A DNA stretch of 64,000 bases, taken from assembly GCA_963797555.1 (NCBI GenBank), contig CAWCPV010000002.1:96001-160000 (forward strand), in the 5' to 3' direction. The translations under genes and the position numbers were made by a program. The stretch comes from an uncultured Gammaproteobacteria bacterium. GTDB taxonomy: Bacteria > Pseudomonadota > Gammaproteobacteria > CAWCPV01. Below the pieces are notes generated by a model. That model searched no databases and was not told where the DNA came from. It saw nothing but the letters and a program-made list of their open reading frames with translations. Positions 49,156 through 59,954 of this stretch are shown piece by piece; positions within the stretch are counted from its first letter, which is position 1, and every line of letters begins with the position of its first letter.

Positions 49156-49540
49156 CTAGCGCTTGGACATCTTGTGCGCCACCAGCTTGGCCTCCGGCAC
49201 GCAACAGTGCAGCGCCGCCGGGAGTCTCCAGGCAGATGCCAGGGATGGGTTTTACGCTCACCCACAGGACGTTGAGCCGTAGGTTGAGGTCGGCATAGAC
49301 CACGGCGTCGCGATACAGGTCGAACACCCGCTGGATGCGGGTCACGATCTGCTCGACGAGATGGACGGGCTTGTCGCGCAGTCCCGGAATGATCATCATG
49401 AAATCGCTGAGGGGCGCCCCATTGTCCCCCCGGGTGGGCACGCGCTTCCATAGCGGCTCCGCGGGCACCGCGGCGCACGGCCGGGCCAGATCCTGACGCT
49501 GCATTCGGGCTCGCGCCTCGGCCACTTTCAATGCACCCAT
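49156..49540 (-). CDS. Conserved hypothetical protein (1-bp insertion near 49227)
   Basis: AEPLWKRVPTR..LSDFMMIIPGL..ADLNLRLNVLWVS; natural end VPEAKLVAHKMSKR* lies in the shifted frame. Confidence 0.6.
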
Positions 49541-49574
49541 ACGCATACGCACTTTGCGTGTTAGGCTTACATCC

Positions 49575-49775
49575 ATGCAGGTCTTTGTCAATGGCGAGGC
49601 CCGCGATGTTCCCCAGGGCGCAACCCTGTCCGACCTCGTGCACGCGATGGGACTCGGGGATAGGCGCTTGGCGATAGAGGTCAACTTGGAGATCGTCCCG
49701 CGGAGCAGCCACGGGACCCATCGGCTGCGCGAGGGCGATCGCGTAGAGATCGTGCAGGCCATCGGAGGAGGTTAG
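49575..49775 (+). CDS. thiS: Sulfur carrier protein ThiS
   Basis: 66 aa; VNGE, VNLEIVPR, C-terminal GG; upstream of thiG. Confidence 0.95.
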   Translation: MQVFVNGEARDVPQGATLSDLVHAMGLGDRRLAIEVNLEIVPRSSHGTHRLREGDRVEIVQAIGGG

Positions 49776-49829
49776 CCATGCCGATCCCAATGGGTATAAT
49801 GTCGGCTTAGCCGCAAACAGGATGTACCG

Positions 49830-50636
49830 ATGCTGAGCTCAGCGATACCCGCCACCGCAGACGAGGATGTGCTTGTTGTCGCAGGCAGGACCTATCGCTC
49901 TAGGCTGCTGGTGGGTACGGGCAAGTACCGTGATCTCGAGCAGACGCGGCGTGCCGTAGAGGCGAGCGGCGCCGAGATCGTCACCGTCGCGCTGCGTCGC
50001 ACCAACCTGGGGCAGAATCCCGACGAGCCCAACCTGCTGGAAGTGCTTCCGCCGGACCGTTACACCATACTGCCCAACACCGCAGGTTGTTACACCGTTC
50101 AGGACGCGGTGCGTACCGCCCGCCTGGGCCGCGAGATCCTGGGCCACAGCCTGGTCAAGCTGGAGGTGCTGGGGGATGCGAAGACGCTGTTTCCCGATGT
50201 GACCGCGACTCTGGAGGCCGCCGAGATTCTGGTGCAGGCGCATTTCCAGGTCATGGTTTATACCAGCGACGACCCCATCATCGCCGGCCGCCTCGCGGAA
50301 ATCGGCTGCGTGGCCGTGATGCCGCTGGCCGCCCCCATCGGCTCCGGGCTCGGCATACGTAATCCCTACAACATTCGGATCATTGTAGAGCAAGCCAAGG
50401 TCCCGATCCTGGTGGACGCGGGAGTGGGGACGGCCTCGGACGCCGCCATCGCCATGGAGTTAGGCTGCGATGGGGTGCTGATGAATACCGCCATTGCGGA
50501 GGCCAGGAATCCGGAGCTCATGGGTTCCGCGATGAAGAAGGCGGTGGAGGCAGGGCGCGAGGCGTTCCTGGCGGGCCGCATGCCCCGCAGGCTCTACGCG
50601 AGCGCCTCCTCGCCGCTGCAGGGTACCTTTTTCTAA
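49830..50636 (+). CDS. thiG: Thiazole synthase
   Basis: [34 protein letters not shown]. Confidence 0.96.
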   Translation: MLSSAIPATADEDVLVVAGRTYRSRLLVGTGKYRDLEQTRRAVEASGAEIVTVALRRTNLGQNPDEPNLLEVLPPDRYTILPNTAGCYTVQDAVRTARLGREILGHSLVKLEVLGDAKTLFPDVTATLEAAEILVQAHFQVMVYTSDDPIIAGRLAEIGCVAVMPLAAPIGSGLGIRNPYNIRIIVEQAKVPILVDAGVGTASDAAIAMELGCDGVLMNTAIAEARNPELMGSAMKKAVEAGREAFLAGRMPRRLYASASSPLQGTFF

Positions 50637-50651
50637 CTTCTAATTCGCACC

Positions 50652-51392
50652 GTGCGGAGCGCGCACCGGCCTGCCTCGCTCACGTTGCCGGTAACGGATT
50701 CATCGCGGTATCCAATTCGCAGCTACGTGCGCCGCGAGGGGCGCATGACTCCAGCCCAGCACCGGGCACTGACGGCCTTATGGCCGCAATACGGGCTTGA
50801 GCCTCCGGTGGATCTGGACGCCGCCTTCGGCCGCCGCGCCCCCCGCCACCTGGAGATCGGTTTCGGCAACGGTGACGCCCTCCTGGCCATGGCCGGGGCT
50901 CACGCCGAAAACGATTACCTGGGAATCGAAGTGTATCGCCCCGGGATCGGTAGCCTACTCGCCCGCGCCGCTGAGCGCCGCTTAGGCAATCTTCGCGTGC
51001 TCCAGGCTGATGCCGTCGGAGCGCTGTCCCACATTATTCCCGACGCTGCCTTGGCGGCGATCTACATCCTCTTCCCCGATCCGTGGCCGAAGAAACGCCA
51101 CCACAAGCGCCGGCTCATTCAAGCGCCCTTGGCAGCGCTGCTCGCGAGGAAGCTCGCCCTGAGGGGGCGCGTCAGCATCGCCACCGACTGGGCGCCTTAT
51201 GCAGCGCAGGTGCTAGAAGTGATGGGGGCCAGCTCGAGCTTCACCAACCTGGCGGGTCCGGATCGATTCGCCCAACGGCCCGCAGAGCGTCCGTTGACTC
51301 GCTTCGAGCTGCGCGGGCAGCGCCTGGGCCATGTGGTGCATGATCTGATATTCGAACGCTGTGCCCCCGGACCCCGCGAGATCGACGAGTAG
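50652..51392 (+). CDS. trmB: tRNA (guanine-N7)-methyltransferase (start uncertain)
   Basis: IRSYVRREGR, LEIGFGNG, FPDPWPKKRHHKRR, ATDW, TRFE. Confidence 0.95.
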   Translation: MRSAHRPASLTLPVTDSSRYPIRSYVRREGRMTPAQHRALTALWPQYGLEPPVDLDAAFGRRAPRHLEIGFGNGDALLAMAGAHAENDYLGIEVYRPGIGSLLARAAERRLGNLRVLQADAVGALSHIIPDAALAAIYILFPDPWPKKRHHKRRLIQAPLAALLARKLALRGRVSIATDWAPYAAQVLEVMGASSSFTNLAGPDRFAQRPAERPLTRFELRGQRLGHVVHDLIFERCAPGPREIDE

Positions 51393-51638
51393 TCGCTGAC
51401 GGGCCGGTGTTCTGCGCGGCAAGAGTCGGGGCTGGTGATTCGGGCTGGTTGCGGGTCCCGCTCCGCCTCGACATCGCTGCCGGATCGTGCACCGCCCCCC
51501 GCATCCTCGCGCATCCTCGCCCGCACGGTACCGCGGCCGCGCCGAGTTTCTTTTCATCCTCACCCATCAGGTTAACGCACCCCCGACCGCCGACCGGGTG
51601 AAGGAGTTCACGTCCATCGGCTCCCGATGAACCCGCTC

Positions 51639-52064
51639 TCAGCACTGTTCCCAGGGAAGTCCTCGGAACCGCCAGCCGCCACGGGTGCCGCGATGGTGGT
51701 GCTCGTCCAATTCGCCCTCGAAGCCCTCATTGATGTGATAGACATCCTTGATTCCGTCCTTGACCAGGACCTTGCCGGCCTCCAGAGAACGCTTGCCGCT
51801 CCGGCACACCAGGATGACGGGCGCACAGCCGTCACCGTGGCACGCCACACCGCCCAGCAGAACCTTGCGTACATCCGTGACGAAATGCGGATTGATCTTC
51901 CAGTCCGGTTCGTCGATCCAGGCGATGTGAATCGCCCCGGCCGGATGGCCCACGAATAGGTACTCCATGGTGGAGCGCACGTCTATCAGGAGCGCGCGCG
52001 GATTCTCCTGTAGGATCTGGTGAGCCTGCTCCGGGGTCAGTTCCTTCACCTGCTTGTCACTCAT
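51639..52064 (-). CDS. Rhodanese-like domain protein
   Basis: LIDVRS, GHPAGA, CRSGKRS, EGFEG, GLPWEQ. Confidence 0.9.
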   Translation of the reverse strand: MSDKQVKELTPEQAHQILQENPRALLIDVRSTMEYLFVGHPAGAIHIAWIDEPDWKINPHFVTDVRKVLLGGVACHGDGCAPVILVCRSGKRSLEAGKVLVKDGIKDVYHINEGFEGELDEHHHRGTRGGWRFRGLPWEQC

Positions 52065-52134
52065 CGGCACCGCCTCCATCAGTTCTGTTATGCTGACTCC
52101 AGTATAGCGCTCTGCGTTAAGGGTCCCCGGACCG

Positions 52135-52944
52135 ATGCTGCAAGTCCTGCCCCCCAAGAGTCTGCTGCGTGCGGCCGGCCGTGCCATAGGCGACTATGAC
52201 ATGATCCGCGACGGGGACCGCATCCTGCTGGGACTGTCCGGCGGCAAGGACTCCCTCTCTCTGCTGGTCATCCTGCGTCACCTGCAACAGAGGGCGCCAG
52301 TGCGGTTCGCGCTGGGAGCGGTCACCGTGGACCCCCTGGTGGCGGGCTTCGATCCCTCCCCCTTGAAGCCGGTCGTGGCCGGCCTGGGTATCCCCTACCA
52401 TTACCGTCAGCAAGCCATCCTGGAGCAGGCTCAGCGGCACATGGGGAACGATTCGTTCTGTGCTTTCTGCGCCCGCATGAAACGCGGCGTCATGTACCAC
52501 ACGGCTCGCCAGGAAGGCTACAACGTGCTGGCCCTCGCCCAGCACCTCGACGATGTGGCCGAAAGTTTTCTGATGTCGGCCTTCTTTGCCGGCCAGTTGC
52601 ACACCATGCGGGCGCACTACGTCAACGACGCCGGCGATGTGCGCGTCATCCGCCCGCTGATCTATGTGCGGGAGCGCCAACTGACGGACTTCGCTCGGAT
52701 CAAATGCCTTCCTGTCATCGGGGACAACTGCCCAGCCTGCTTCCGCGCGCCGACGCAGCGGGAGCACGTCAAGGCACTGCTCGCTGCAGAGGAGCGAAGT
52801 AGCCCTCCACTCTTCAACAACCTGCTGTCCGCCATGCGCTCCCTGTTGGGAGAGACCGTGTTGAAGCGCCCAACCGCAATCGGGCCTGCTGCCCCTGTCG
52901 CTTCTCAGCCGATGCGCGCCCATGGTCACCGTCGCCACCTTTGA
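52135..52944 (+). CDS. ttcA: TtcA-family tRNA 2-thiocytidine synthase-like PP-loop ATPase
   Basis: SGGKDS, CAFCARMKRG, HLDD, IRPL, NCPAC. Confidence 0.8.
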   Translation: MLQVLPPKSLLRAAGRAIGDYDMIRDGDRILLGLSGGKDSLSLLVILRHLQQRAPVRFALGAVTVDPLVAGFDPSPLKPVVAGLGIPYHYRQQAILEQAQRHMGNDSFCAFCARMKRGVMYHTARQEGYNVLALAQHLDDVAESFLMSAFFAGQLHTMRAHYVNDAGDVRVIRPLIYVRERQLTDFARIKCLPVIGDNCPACFRAPTQREHVKALLAAEERSSPPLFNNLLSAMRSLLGETVLKRPTAIGPAAPVASQPMRAHGHRRHL

Positions 52945-53158
52945 CACCCTACCTCAGGCGCATATCGCGCTGGGCCGCCTGCAGGCGGAGGGTATCGCCT
53001 GTCGGCTGGTGGACGAGCACATGGGCGACTATGGGATGCCGGCCAGCATCGCCGTGGGGGGCATCAAGCTGCAGGTGAGCGCCGAGGACTTGGCGGAAGC
53101 GCTCGCCGTGCTCGCGAGCGACCGGTCCGCAGATATCGCGGACCAAGAGCCGGGCTGA
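52922..53158 (+). CDS. DUF2007-domain protein
   Basis: AHIALGRLQAEGI, GGIKLQV. Confidence 0.8.
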   Translation: MVTVATFDTLPQAHIALGRLQAEGIACRLVDEHMGDYGMPASIAVGGIKLQVSAEDLAEALAVLASDRSADIADQEPG

Positions 53159-53300
53159 CAGGTCCTCCAAGGAGCACTGTGAATGGAGACCTCGAGTGTC
53201 CCCGCCGCCGCGTATGCCTCGAGTCGCGCACCCCGCGATTCACGCGGCGACGGGCGGCGGTCCGTGGGCGCCTGCTCATGGGCCACCCGCCCCCCGTGCG

Positions 53301-54491
53301 CTACGCCGCGGCGGGCGCGCAGACGCGGTTACGGCCGGCTTCCTTGGCGCGGTAGAGAGCGGCGTCGACCGCTGCCAGCAGCCTGTCCACGTCGGTTCCG
53401 TCGTGGGGAAAACTCACGACCCCGAAGCTGGCCGTCACCGAGACGCGGCCCCCACTGACAGGAACGTCCAGCCCCTGCAGGCTCTGGCGCAACCGTTCCG
53501 CCTCGGTCAGGGCGTCCGCGCGGCCGGTCTCGGGTAGGAGGCAAAGGAACTCCTCGCCGCCCCAGCGGCTGAGCGTGTCCTCCCGGCGGACACCACTCGC
53601 CGCCATCTCCGCCACGGTCTGCAGCACCTTGTCGCCGGCCTGGTGACCAAAGCGGTCATTGACGCCCTTGAAGCCATCGAGGTCGAACAAGACGAGGCTG
53701 CAAACGCGACCATGGCGTTCGCTGCGCCCCACCTCCGCCTCCAACTTGTGCTGCATCCCCCGGCGGTTGAGCAGGTCGGTCAGCGGATCGCGGCTGGCGA
53801 GGTGGTCCAGATATCGGTTGGTGACCGCCAGGCGCCGGGTCAGGTCCTCGGCCAAATAGCGTTGCGCGAATGCACCGACCACGCTGTGGTGGAGCAGTAC
53901 CGCGTTCGCCGTGAAGGCCGCGCCGAAGAGCGACAACAGCACGCCGACACAGGACTGGAGGACCGAGCCCGCCGAGATCAGTGCCCACACCGTCAGCGCG
54001 ACGGCGAGCCCGAAGAAGCCCAGGAATGCCGGCAGCACTGCCACGACGACGGGAAGAGCGCAAAGAGAGACGCTACCCACCACGATGACGCTCAGAAGTC
54101 GCAGCACCACGTCGCCGGCCGGCACGACCAGCCAAATGACCGAGCCCCATCCGAGCCCCATCGCCGTCGAGAGCACGACCGACAGGAGATACCAGGCCCG
54201 CCCCCGGACGGCAGGTGCAGGAAGCCGGCGATACCATCTCACGGCCGTCGCCCAAGCGAGGATCCCCAGGCCGACGGTCGTACCCCAGGAGGCGAGCCGT
54301 ACCAGGGGGGCACTGTCGCGCAGCAGATAGCCCAGCGCCACCAGCCCCAAGGCGAAGGCCAGTGGGACGCTGTGGGGCTGGCTGAAGAACATGCGGACCT
54401 GCTCCGCCCGCACGTGCTGCGCCCTTTCGGGGCTATAGGCTGAGGGGACGTAACCCGAGCGCGAAGGGCTGCGCAGCGCCGGGTCCTTCAT
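53301..54491 (-). CDS. Membrane-bound diguanylate cyclase (GGDEF)
   Basis: Multiple TM helices; DPLTDLLNRR, DLDGFKGVND, RWGGEEF with RxxD I-site. Confidence 0.92.
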   Translation of the reverse strand: MKDPALRSPSRSGYVPSAYSPERAQHVRAEQVRMFFSQPHSVPLAFALGLVALGYLLRDSAPLVRLASWGTTVGLGILAWATAVRWYRRLPAPAVRGRAWYLLSVVLSTAMGLGWGSVIWLVVPAGDVVLRLLSVIVVGSVSLCALPVVVAVLPAFLGFFGLAVALTVWALISAGSVLQSCVGVLLSLFGAAFTANAVLLHHSVVGAFAQRYLAEDLTRRLAVTNRYLDHLASRDPLTDLLNRRGMQHKLEAEVGRSERHGRVCSLVLFDLDGFKGVNDRFGHQAGDKVLQTVAEMAASGVRREDTLSRWGGEEFLCLLPETGRADALTEAERLRQSLQGLDVPVSGGRVSVTASFGVVSFPHDGTDVDRLLAAVDAALYRAKEAGRNRVCAPAAA

Positions 54492-54546
54492 CGCCTCCGC
54501 CCCACATGCCTGCCCGCATCCACGCGGCGGCTGGCGACGATGAGGC

Positions 54547-55725
54547 TCATGGCAGGAATAGGGCAAGCAAGTCGTTCAAGTAGCGCAGTCCCCGAGCAGT
54601 CGCCCGCACCTGTGCCGCATCCCATTCCAGGAGACCTCTTGCGCGGGCGCATTCCAAGGCCGGCTCGACCGAGATGAGAGCAACTCCGGTGCGCTCGGTG
54701 AGCAGACGCGTCGGAAAACCGTCGTCCAGACGCAGGGCGTTCATCATGAACTCCAACACGGCCTCGCGATCCGCGGGGCGTCTCTCGCCTGCCACGCGGA
54801 CCGGCAGGGGGGCATCACTCAGGTAGGCATGGGGATGCTTGACCTTCCAGCGCCGCCGGATGCCCTCGGACCCGGTGAGCTTGTCGTGTGCGCCCGCCCC
54901 TATTCCCAAGTAGTCGCCGAACAGCCAGTAGTTCAAGTTGTGCCGGCAACGATGGCCTGCGCGGGCGTATGCCGAGACTTCGTAACGGCGGTATCCTGCC
55001 CTGACCAGCTCGGCGACCGCGCGCTGTTGCATCTGCCAGATGACGTCCTCTTCGGGCAGCTTCGGGGGAAAGCGCGCGAATCGGGTATTGGGCTCGATGG
55101 TCAGCTGGTAGTAGGAGAGATGGGGGGGCTCCAGCGCCGCGGCAGTGCGCATGTCCGCGAGGGCCTGAGCCGGGCTCTGGCCGGGCAGCCCGAACATCAG
55201 GTCGAGATTGTAGCTTTGGAAGCCGACCTGTTGCGCCGCCTCTGCGGCCGCGATCGCCTCGGCCCGACCATGGACCCGTCCGATGCTTCGGAGCAGATCG
55301 TCCTCGAAGCTCTGCACGCCGACGGATAGGCGGTTGACGCCGGCGGCTCGCATCTCGGCCAGCGCGCCGCGTTCGACCGTGCCGGGGTTGGCCTCCACGG
55401 TGATCTCCGCCTCCAGAGAGACGGGTAATACGCGCCGCACACCGCAAAGCAGGCGTTCGATCGCCTCGGGGGAGAGCAGGCTAGGCGTGCCGCCACCGAC
55501 AAAGATCGACTCCACGATACGCCCCTGCGCCAGCGCGACGTCCTGCTCCAAGTCCGCGAGAAGGGCGTCGATATAGGCGTCCTCCGGTAGAGCGCCTTTC
55601 ACCTCGTGGGAGTTGAAGTCGCAGTATGGGCATTTGCGGACACACCAGGGAATGTGGACGTACAGCGTAAGCGGCGGCAGGATCTGCAAGCGTGGCGCCG
55701 CGAAGAGGCTGTGCTGCGTCACCAC
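54547..55725 (-). CDS. hemW: Radical SAM heme chaperone HemW (start uncertain)
   Basis: LYVHIPWCVRKCPYCDFNS, GGGTPS, EANP, HNLNYW. Confidence 0.92.
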   Translation of the reverse strand: MVTQHSLFAAPRLQILPPLTLYVHIPWCVRKCPYCDFNSHEVKGALPEDAYIDALLADLEQDVALAQGRIVESIFVGGGTPSLLSPEAIERLLCGVRRVLPVSLEAEITVEANPGTVERGALAEMRAAGVNRLSVGVQSFEDDLLRSIGRVHGRAEAIAAAEAAQQVGFQSYNLDLMFGLPGQSPAQALADMRTAAALEPPHLSYYQLTIEPNTRFARFPPKLPEEDVIWQMQQRAVAELVRAGYRRYEVSAYARAGHRCRHNLNYWLFGDYLGIGAGAHDKLTGSEGIRRRWKVKHPHAYLSDAPLPVRVAGERRPADREAVLEFMMNALRLDDGFPTRLLTERTGVALISVEPALECARARGLLEWDAAQVRATARGLRYLNDLLALFLP

Positions 55726-55873
55726 GGGCCGGCGCGCCTCACTGACGATGGCCCCCCGACTGCGCCCGCCGGCGCACGGGTCCGCGCCCGTCGGGCGTCT
55801 CCGTTGTCTTCGAGTTCTGCCGCCCCGGACGCCTGTCCGCATCGCCCCGCCGCCACGGACCGGGAATCGGCTG

Positions 55874-57247
55874 TCAGAGCTGCTTCACCCCGTGGATCAG
55901 CTCGCCGACCATCTTCTGCCCGTCGCCGTACAGCATGCGGGTCTGGTCTGCATAGAACAGCAGGTTCTCGATGCCGGCAAAGCCCTTGCCCGCCCCGCGC
56001 TTGATAACGATCACGTTCTTCGCCTTGTCGACGTCCAGGATGGGCATCCCGTAGATGGGGCTGCTGGCATCGCTGCGCGCCGCCGGGTTGACCACGTCGT
56101 TTGCCCCGATGACCAGCGCCACGTCGGCCTGGGGGAACTCCGGGTTGATCTCTTCCAGGTCGGAGATCTTGTCGTAAGGCACGTTGGCCTCCGCCAGCAG
56201 CACGTTCATGTGCCCGGGCATACGCCCCGCCACCGGATGGATTGCGAACTTGACCGTGACCCCGTGCGCCTCCAGTACCTGAGTCAGCTCCCAAAGCTTG
56301 TGCTGAGCCTGCGCCACGGCCATGCCGTATCCGGGCACGATGATGACCTTGTTGGAATAAGCGAGCATGATGGCCGCATCGGTCGCCTCGATGGGCTTCA
56401 AGCTCCCCTCGATACCCTCGGGGGTCGCAGTCTCCTTGGCGCCGAAGCCGCTGAAGAGCACGTTCGCGAGGGAGCGGTTCATGGCCTTGGCCATCAACTG
56501 CGTGAGCAGCGTACCGGCGGCGCCCACCACGGTGCCCGCAATGATCATGGCGGCGTTGTTGAGGACAAAGCCCTCAAAGCCAACCGCAAGACCGGTGAGC
56601 GCGTTGTAAAGCGAGATGATGACGGGCATGTCGGCGCCCCCGATGGGGAGTGTCATGAGCACGCCGAACACCAAAGCCGCGGCGAAGAATACGGCCACGA
56701 CGGGGAAGCTCGTCCCCCCCGCCACGAAAGCAATGCCGAGCACGAGACACAGGGCGAAGACCACCAGGTTGAACAGATTCTGCCCACTGAACACCAGCGA
56801 CCTCTTGAGGATGCCCTGGAGCTTGGCGAAGGCGATGAGAGAGCCCGAAAAAGACACTGCTCCAATCAGTCCACCCAGCACGGCAAGCGCCATGGTCATC
56901 GTGGGAAGGGCGTGTCCCCCGACCACCTTGATCAGCTCCACCGCCCCGATGGTGCCGGCAGCACCGCCACCCATACCGTTATAGAGAGCCACCATCTGGG
57001 GCATGGCGGTCATCGGCACGCGCTTGGCGGCGACCCACGCGATGACTGAGCCGACGAACACCGCGGTGACCATGAGCACGTAGTTCTGCATGCCTGGCCA
57101 GGCAAACGTCACCAGGGTCGCGATGAGCATGCCGATTCCGGCCCAGATGATGCCTCCCACGGCCGTCACCGGAGAGCTCATACGCTTGAGCCCCATGATG
57201 AACAGGAAAGCGGCCAGGAAGTACGACGCTTGGATCAGGGTGTTCAT
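55874..57247 (-). CDS. pntB: NAD(P) transhydrogenase beta subunit
   Basis: MPQMVALYNG, GYGMAVAQAQH, HPVAGRMPGHMNVLLAE, GANDVVN. Confidence 0.96.
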   Translation of the reverse strand: MNTLIQASYFLAAFLFIMGLKRMSSPVTAVGGIIWAGIGMLIATLVTFAWPGMQNYVLMVTAVFVGSVIAWVAAKRVPMTAMPQMVALYNGMGGGAAGTIGAVELIKVVGGHALPTMTMALAVLGGLIGAVSFSGSLIAFAKLQGILKRSLVFSGQNLFNLVVFALCLVLGIAFVAGGTSFPVVAVFFAAALVFGVLMTLPIGGADMPVIISLYNALTGLAVGFEGFVLNNAAMIIAGTVVGAAGTLLTQLMAKAMNRSLANVLFSGFGAKETATPEGIEGSLKPIEATDAAIMLAYSNKVIIVPGYGMAVAQAQHKLWELTQVLEAHGVTVKFAIHPVAGRMPGHMNVLLAEANVPYDKISDLEEINPEFPQADVALVIGANDVVNPAARSDASSPIYGMPILDVDKAKNVIVIKRGAGKGFAGIENLLFYADQTRMLYGDGQKMVGELIHGVKQL

Positions 57248-57538
57248 CTAGCGGCGCTCCTTGCTGCTCTTGAACATCTCGAGCATGCGCTCGGTCACCG
57301 CATAGCCGCCCACCGCGTTGCCGGCGCCGAGAAGGACGCCCACGAAGCCGATCACCTGCTCCGAGGTGGTTTCCGCGTGGCCCAGGGCCACCATGGCGCC
57401 GACCAGCACGATCCCGTGCACGAAGTTGGAGCCCGACATCAGTGGCGTGTGCAGGATGACCGGCACCCGCGCGATCACCTCGTAGCCGGTGAAGGCGGCA
57501 AGCATAAAGATATATAAGGCGATAAACCCTTCGATCAT
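57248..57538 (-). CDS. pntAB: NAD(P) transhydrogenase alpha subunit, membrane part
   Basis: LHTPLMSGSN, GGYAVTERMLEMF. Confidence 0.93.
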   Translation of the reverse strand: MIEGFIALYIFMLAAFTGYEVIARVPVILHTPLMSGSNFVHGIVLVGAMVALGHAETTSEQVIGFVGVLLGAGNAVGGYAVTERMLEMFKSSKERR

Positions 57539-58668
57539 TTGGACGCTCCTTCCACCATCTGTCGCGTCGGCTCGTGCCGTATTTGGCCGTCACGCGTGAG
57601 CGTACTGCCCCGGAGGACCTCGTCCTCCCAATCGGGGGCGAACGAGCCGTCCTTGATCATCAGCAACAGCAGGTTGTAGAGGTTCTTCGCATACAGCTCG
57701 CTCGCATGCACGCAGAGCATGCTGGGGACGTTGAGCGGCCCATAGACCGTGACTCCGTTGTGAACCAGTTGCTCGCCCGGGCGGGTCAGCTCGCAGTTGC
57801 CGCCAAATTCGGCCGCGAGGTCCACGATGACCGCACCCGGCTTCATGCGCTCCACCATGGCGGCAGTGATGATGCGCGGCGCCGGGCGCCCGGGGACGGC
57901 CGCCGTGCTGAGGACCACGTCCGCCGCTCCGATGTGCTGCGCCAGCAGTTCCTGCTGTTTCTGCTTCTCCTCATCGGTCAGCTCGCGGGCGTAGCCGCCG
58001 GTCCCTTCGGCCTTGACATCGAGCTCCACGAACTTTGCGCCGAGCGACTGGACCTCCTGCTTGGTGGCGGGACGCACGTCGTAGGCTTCGACCATCGCGC
58101 CCAGCCGCTTGGCCGTAGCGATGGCCTGCAGGCCCGCAACGCCCGCGCCGATCACCAACACCCGCGCCGGGCGGATGGTTCCCGCAGCCGTGGTGAGCAT
58201 CGGCAGGAAGCGCCCGGTCAGGCGCGCCGCCATCAGCACAGCCTCGTAGCCAGCCGCCGAGGCCTGGGAGGACAGCGCGTCCATGCCCTGCGCGCGGGAG
58301 ATGCGGGGCACCAGCTCCATCGCCAGGCTGGTAATCTTCCGGTCTCGCATGCGCGCCACGCGTTCGGGGTAGCGGTACGGAGCCATGAAGCCCACCACCA
58401 CGGCCCCTTCGCGCATCAAATCGATAGCCCGCTCGTCCGGCGGCTGGACGGTGAGCACCACATCCGCTTCCGGATAGAGGGCCTCTGGGCTCTCCACCAC
58501 CCGGGCGCCGACAAAGTCCCCGTCTTGGATGAAAGCGCCGGAGCCCGCGCCCTTTTCCACTAGCACCTCGGCACCCAATTTGGTCAGGCGCGCCACCACA
58601 TCCGGCACGCACGCGACCCGCCGCTCGCCCGGCGCAGTCTCCTTGGGCACAGCTATGCGTATCGGCAT
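57535..58668 (-). CDS. pntAA: NAD(P) transhydrogenase alpha subunit, NAD-binding part
   Basis: IAVPKE, GERRVA, RISRAQ, GAGVAGLQA, GGYA, GGNCE. Confidence 0.94.
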   Translation of the reverse strand: MPIRIAVPKETAPGERRVACVPDVVARLTKLGAEVLVEKGAGSGAFIQDGDFVGARVVESPEALYPEADVVLTVQPPDERAIDLMREGAVVVGFMAPYRYPERVARMRDRKITSLAMELVPRISRAQGMDALSSQASAAGYEAVLMAARLTGRFLPMLTTAAGTIRPARVLVIGAGVAGLQAIATAKRLGAMVEAYDVRPATKQEVQSLGAKFVELDVKAEGTGGYARELTDEEKQKQQELLAQHIGAADVVLSTAAVPGRPAPRIITAAMVERMKPGAVIVDLAAEFGGNCELTRPGEQLVHNGVTVYGPLNVPSMLCVHASELYAKNLYNLLLLMIKDGSFAPDWEDEVLRGSTLTRDGQIRHEPTRQMVEGASK

Positions 58669-59505
58669 CTTTCTATCTCCCAACATGCGGGGCGGTTGTG
58701 CGCGAACCTTCCGGACACGAGACAGCGCCGCGTGGAACCGGCAGCGGGCTGCGAGGCGACCCGCGCCCGAAACACCGGACACCTCAGACCGCCGCGTGAA
58801 AGAAGATAGCTCGGCGGCAAGAGCAGAAAGGCGGCGGCACGCCGCCGTCGGAAAAGTGGAATGGCCCGCCCACGCCCGAGCGGCCCCGTCCGTTCGGAGG
58901 GGTGGAAGTTCTTCGACCGCCCCTAGAGCGACAAAGGCCGACGCCCTCATCGCCCCGCCCATCCCGTCCCGCAGCAGAGCCGCGCGCCGACAGGGCTTCG
59001 ACGCGCCACTTTATATCACCCTGGGGGCGCAGCCAGCAACCTCGGGCCGAGGCAGCTTCGGTGCGTGGCGTCCAGAGGCACCCGCCCGACACCCGTCATG
59101 GCCCCCTCCGCGTCCGCAGCGCAGTCCTACACCCTGCTGCCCGGTCGTGAAGCTTCGGAAAAGGACCCGGCGACTGCGACCCACGGCCCCGTGGGCCGCA
59201 GCCCCCAATGGCGGAGCACGCCTCGGGTGACGGGGTCTCGCGTTACCGGAACCAGCTCTCGATGGCGATCACACGGCGCGGTGCCGCACGCCGCGGGCCG
59301 TATGTGCCCTCACTCTACGTCGAAGCTGAGGGCACACGGCTCAAGCCACACCCTTGACAGTCCTCGTCATCGCATACAGCGAGTGCACGCAATCCTGGGC
59401 CAGGGATGCCGAGCCATGCCGCCCGCCCCGGCGGGATTCCCGTTTCCCAGCCGTGATGACGGTCGGGACCAAGAGTTGTGTGTGATGGCATGCGTTTGGG
59501 CGTGT

Positions 59506-59934
59506 CTACGCAGCGCCGGAGCTGCCTGAAGAGCCGTCCCGCCGCCACAGACGATCTGCGCTCCAGGAGCCTCCTCCCGCGACGGCTAGGTAAAGAAACA
59601 CAAAGCTATATAGCACCGCCGAGTCCCCTCTGTTCAATACCGGCCAGAACCCCTGCGGCGCATGCGCCATGAAGTAGGCTACTGCCATTTCCCCGGACAG
59701 CAGGAAAGCTATCGGCCGGGTGAACAGCCCCAGCAGCACGAGCAGCCCACCGAAGAATTCCAGAATCCCGGCCACCCCCATCAGCGACAGTAGAGGATGC
59801 GCGCCGTGTGCAGGGGCCGGGAAGCCGAACAGCTTCTGGCCCCCATGCTGCATGAACAGGAACGCCGTGACGATTCGTAACACGCTCAGAAAGCGCGGCG
59901 ACCACTGCGAATACAACGAGGTCAGATCGCCCAT
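59506..59934 (-). CDS. DoxX-family membrane protein
   Basis: LRIVTAFLFMQHGGQKLFG, LGLFTRP, EMAVAYF. Confidence 0.9.
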   Translation of the reverse strand: MGDLTSLYSQWSPRFLSVLRIVTAFLFMQHGGQKLFGFPAPAHGAHPLLSLMGVAGILEFFGGLLVLLGLFTRPIAFLLSGEMAVAYFMAHAPQGFWPVLNRGDSAVLYSFVFLYLAVAGGGSWSADRLWRRDGSSGSSGAA

Positions 59935-59954
59935 GCCTTACCTCTCAATGTCAG

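Noticed and set aside
51393-51638. tRNA or other RNA gene after trmB
   Set aside because: No cloverleaf, T-loop or CCA pattern; I recognised no tRNA or rRNA anywhere in the window
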